From assembly GCA_043228905.1 (NCBI GenBank), contig JBHGNT010000012.1, positions 17,918,001 through 17,982,000 of the forward strand: a stretch of 64,000 bases of DNA. Reading direction: 5' to 3'. A program made the translations under genes and the position numbers. The notes beneath the pieces are model-generated. The model saw only the letters and a list, made by a program, of their open reading frames with translations, had not been told where the DNA came from and did no database searches. Shown here piece after piece: positions 60,077 through 64,000 of the stretch. Position 1 is the stretch's first letter; each line of letters opens with the position of its first letter. Source of the DNA: Azolla caroliniana. Lineage: Eukaryota; Plantae; Polypodiophyta.

Positions 60077-62886
60077 TCATTCAGAGGCAGATGCAATTTG
60101 TTTTAAATTTGGCATCATACTTTGTAATTGTTCTCGTTTTTCTTCTACTCTAGATGAAGTGCAATCTGTTCCCTGATAAAGAAATAACAGTCGGATTTCA
60201 GAGAATATGTTCAAACAATATTAAAAGACGTCTAGAAAAAGAGAGAAAAATTGAATACTCAACAACACAGTAAATATAAAATTTGGCTAGAGAAGGCTAC
60301 ATACCAACAATATCAAGGGAAATTATTGGAAAATACACACACAGCGTGCACCTCATATCACCATGTGATGCTGATACTAGTAATTTACGTTCTTTACTGA
60401 TAACTGCAAGTCATTTGACATCGTGATTTGTGTATGTTCAATAGAGGCCTTGCTACAGGGTCTCTTAGAGACGTCAAGTTTGTGCACAATTCCACAATCT
60501 GGAGGATATCATCCAGCTAGAAAGTATATGATTATATGATTCATCACATGTTTGTAAAACTTTATGGGTCATGCTTGAGACAGTTGGGCACTTCTGCTGA
60601 GACGGAGGGCTACAAGCTCTAAATATCCAAGATTCAGCCATACCTTCATGATTAATAGATCATATTTTCATCATTCATGCTAACTACCGGATAGACCATA
60701 CCCAGTAGCAAGAAAGCGACTCCTTCAAAAAACTTACAGGCAGTCACATCCAAGATAGCATGGGTCAAGTCTGAGGGTCTGCAAAGTGACTTTGTTAGAC
60801 CCTTATGTGAAGCAAGATTGATGGTTATGCCCCTACAGGTCTCAATTAAACTAAATCTCTTACACAACGCACTCCTCTACAGGTGGTGCTAATGCAATTA
60901 AAATTCCTAGTAAATGCTCTACATGTTATGCCAGCAGAACAAAATCTGTCATATTATGCACATGTCTACCAGTGCTAATGAAACAAACCTCTTAAGCATT
61001 CCCAGTAGCAACTTGATTTTATAGGAGAAAGAAAGGGAGAAAGAAATATTCACAATACAGACCCCAGGAGTTGAGGTTGAGAGCATCGAAAGTAGCGCGA
61101 CAGTACTAATTTGGTAATTCGATAAAGTCTTGTAAGCTTCATCTGGGATTCGATTCTGTGTGGAAGTACCATAACATTAGTGTGCCATATTAAGAGTAAT
61201 ATTAATCATATTGCTATCACAAATACCTTTAAGTGGTTGATAGCCGCCAAAATAGTCCTTCCAGGAGCTTGCAATGCTTTATTAAATACCTTCACAAATG
61301 ATGACTCAAAAAAAAAGTTAAGCTTTTCAGTATTGAAAACATGTCATAGAATCTTATTTTCCTTTACCTGTGCAAACAGCAATGCAACAACTTTAGGTAA
61401 AAGGGCTACTGGATCATCCTCTTTCTCAATCTCTGAGCAGAGTCCCTTCAACAAGAAAACAAAACAATGGCATCACACGGCCATGGCAGCTGTGTATCAT
61501 ATCATGTTAAACTGTGTACCTTCTTATATGATGAAAGAAGGGCCTTTTCTGACTTTTTGTCCAGCAATTTCAAGCGCAAACCACTAGTTTTAGAGGAAAC
61601 ACGTGCATGTTACACTAAAATTTTCCTGAAAAAAATCATTTTCTATGCAAAACTAGAAAAAATACCATTCTTCAGCTACATCTTGCAAAGCCGTATCAAA
61701 TTCTGCAACATTCTTCACAGAGAAAAAATAAGTGAGATCTTTAAACCAATCAATTTACATGAATTTCCTCACAAAAACTCAACACTTATAATGAATGTGG
61801 TTGCTTCTTTTCAACACCAGTATCTACTAAACAAAAAGATGTGCTTTAATAAAGGATGAGAATTTTAGCACTATATTGGACAGGATGAAAACAATTAATC
61901 ATGGTAAATTCCTCGATATAATATACCTTGCCATCTAGTACCTCCACCATTTTTATACACTTTGTTGATAAAGAACCCTTACAACCTTTAGCCTGAAAGA
62001 AAAATAACCTATTTCATCCATGTAAAATTGCATCATCTTATAATGTGGCCTATTTTTCAAAGAAAAGAAAATTACCAGAACAAGCTTTTGAGGAGTACTT
62101 AAGGGAACTGCAGTGCTCGGGAAGTTCGTGCAAGTATCCCCATTCTCCAATCTCTTCTCAAATTCCTAATCATCATTACAAAAAACAAGCAAACTTTCAC
62201 CCTATCGATTAAATTCGAGTAAAATAGTACACAGATATATTGGACTTGATAGAAGAGTCTCTGCAGGGGAAAATAGCTTTTATAGGTGAAAAGAAAGCAT
62301 TCTTTCCCTCAGCAAAATTCATTCTTGAGATTCACGTCAATACTCTTTAGAAAGGGGATAGACAGATGCATTTGATACTAAAATTCATTCTTCAGACCTT
62401 GTTTGTATGAAGAACAACATTTTAGCTTACTTGAGTATACAATATTGCATCCACAAGTTCTGATGCTGTTGTCCTCAGTAGATGTCTGTGTAGAGCAGGC
62501 TGTAAATAGCAAACAGAAAAAAAAGCAATGGCATAACTTAGACATTGAAATCTTTGTAGTAAGATTATCTTTAAGAAAAACATTACCAAAGAAATATTGT
62601 CATCATCAAATATATCCAAAGCTTTAGTGAAGAGCTGCAAATTTGCATATAGCTGCCATAGACAAAGATGTTCAGTTGACCAGATGCAATAGGAAATTGT
62701 TGATGCTCATTCAGGAAAATTCTTCTAAGACCTCGTCAATTGTTTTCTGCAGGTTCTCTGCACGTTGACGCCGCTCTTCAGCTGCAGCTGTGAAGGAAGC
62801 TTGTTTGACTTTTTCCCAAGTAGAAACAAGTACAGGTTTAAGGTGAGCTGCAATGGCCTTTGATAATGCTCCTTCACCATCATCAT
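60077..62886 (-). CDS. UFL1: E3 UFM1-protein ligase 1, 3' part; exons 62886-62732, 62652-62587, 62499-62431, 62165-62076, 61992-61927, 61712-61666, 61583-61520, 61445-61368, 61289-61227, 61155-61063, 60172-60077
   Basis: All introns are GT-AG and phase-consistent. Spliced peptide includes NLQLFTKALDIFDDD, LHRHLLRTTA, LDKKSEKALL, DPVALLPKVVALLF, NKALQAPGR, EAYKTLSNYQ and DCTSSR, matching the plant UFL1 C-terminus. Confidence 0.92.
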
Positions 62887-64000
62887 CTACAAAAGTTAGC
62901 ATGTATTACACAGGAAAAATATTAATATCATTATTTTCGTTGTTCATAAAAAACAATAAAGCTTAACTGTTCCTTTCCTGAGGGCAACACCAATGATCAG
63001 GCATCAAATACAATTGCTGATTATTCATAATTCATGATTATATTTGAAGCCATTTTTAGTCTTAGGATGCCAACATAGAACACAGTTTTTCTTCCATTTT
63101 TTCTTTTGTTGATCAATGGCGAGGGTCAGATCTCAAAAACTAAACCTCTTCATGGAAAATGAGAGAAAACCAAGAATGGATAGTTCAATTTAGTTTTTTA
63201 TTCTGTAAAGATGCCTGAATAAACAACTCCATCTGGTCATAATATGAAGAAATTCATGATTCCAATAACATCTGGTCATGTAGATATTATGATTGATCTA
63301 TATATATATATATATATATATTATGACATTAAACCACAACATAATACACATATCACATATTTAAAACATAATATCTTTAAGTTTCCACAAATTGAAATAT
63401 TATCCGGAGTAAAGACTTAACACTGTTGAACTAGTGATTATAGATAGACAAAAATAGACAGATCAAAATTCAATTATCCTGGACGGGGAATTCAATCAAC
63501 ATAGACAGGGAATCAGAAATTTTGCAAGGAAGAGAAGCAACAGTAAAGGCAGGAAGGCAATACCAGTAGAATGGCAAGGGAAATCGTAATTTTCAAAAGG
63601 GCTACATTCATACCGCTTACCATGCAGGAAACACTGTTCCCCGCATTATGCTAGCAAGTCACAAAACTTTGATAGATGACATAGTAGGGAAACGTTCATT
63701 TGACTTAACTAGTACATTAGTAGGGAAATGTTCATTTGACGTGAAAACTGAGAAACAATTAGGACAAAGAAAGAAAGAAAGAAAGATATATAACAATTAG
63801 AACAAAGAGATGAATATCAATAATGTCCTGGAACTCAAAGAGGTTATTATAGCTATGAACTTCCCTATCCTTCAAGGCATCGTTAGAATGCGAAAAAAGA
63901 TAGGAAAAGTATGACTGGAGCCCAAAGTCTAACTGGAAAAAAAATATAACAAATTGCTCAAGAGTTAAATCCATGCAACCAAATAGCAAAGAGAGATTTG

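Noticed and set aside
62887-64000. Further UFL1 exons
   Set aside because: No segment with recognisable UFL1 similarity and splice sites; treated as intron.

Overview
Eukaryotic land-plant nuclear DNA, probably from a non-seed plant (inferred from the Tcn1-type chromovirus and the ADF sequence). Three host genes are supported: a complete 3-exon actin-depolymerizing factor (12874-15358, +), a single-exon 706-aa DUF688-motif protein (55519-57639, +), and the 3' eleven coding exons of E3 UFM1-protein ligase 1 (UFL1; 60077-62886, -, with the 5' part apparently outside the window). Most of 1-50 kb is nested retrotransposons whose ends and target-site duplications (TSDs) can be read directly. Stack 1: a full-length LINE (28001-45807, -) holds a full-length Ty1/copia (33590-45130, +), which holds a very young 5.4-kb LTR element (36769-42146). 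That inner element has a tRNA-Trp primer site, a 4-bp TSD and one uninterrupted 1326-aa Gag-plus-repeats ORF with no pol. Stack 2: a copia of the same family (from ~17061) holds a Trp-primed Ty3/gypsy (from 18531), which holds a Tcn1-like chromovirus (20546-26172) with a partly inverted 5' LTR and tRNA-like LTR ends. The best candidate for an undescribed system is the Gag-only element together with its pol-encoding relatives in the same window; this lineage repeatedly sits in one copia family. All coordinates and mismatch counts were read by eye.
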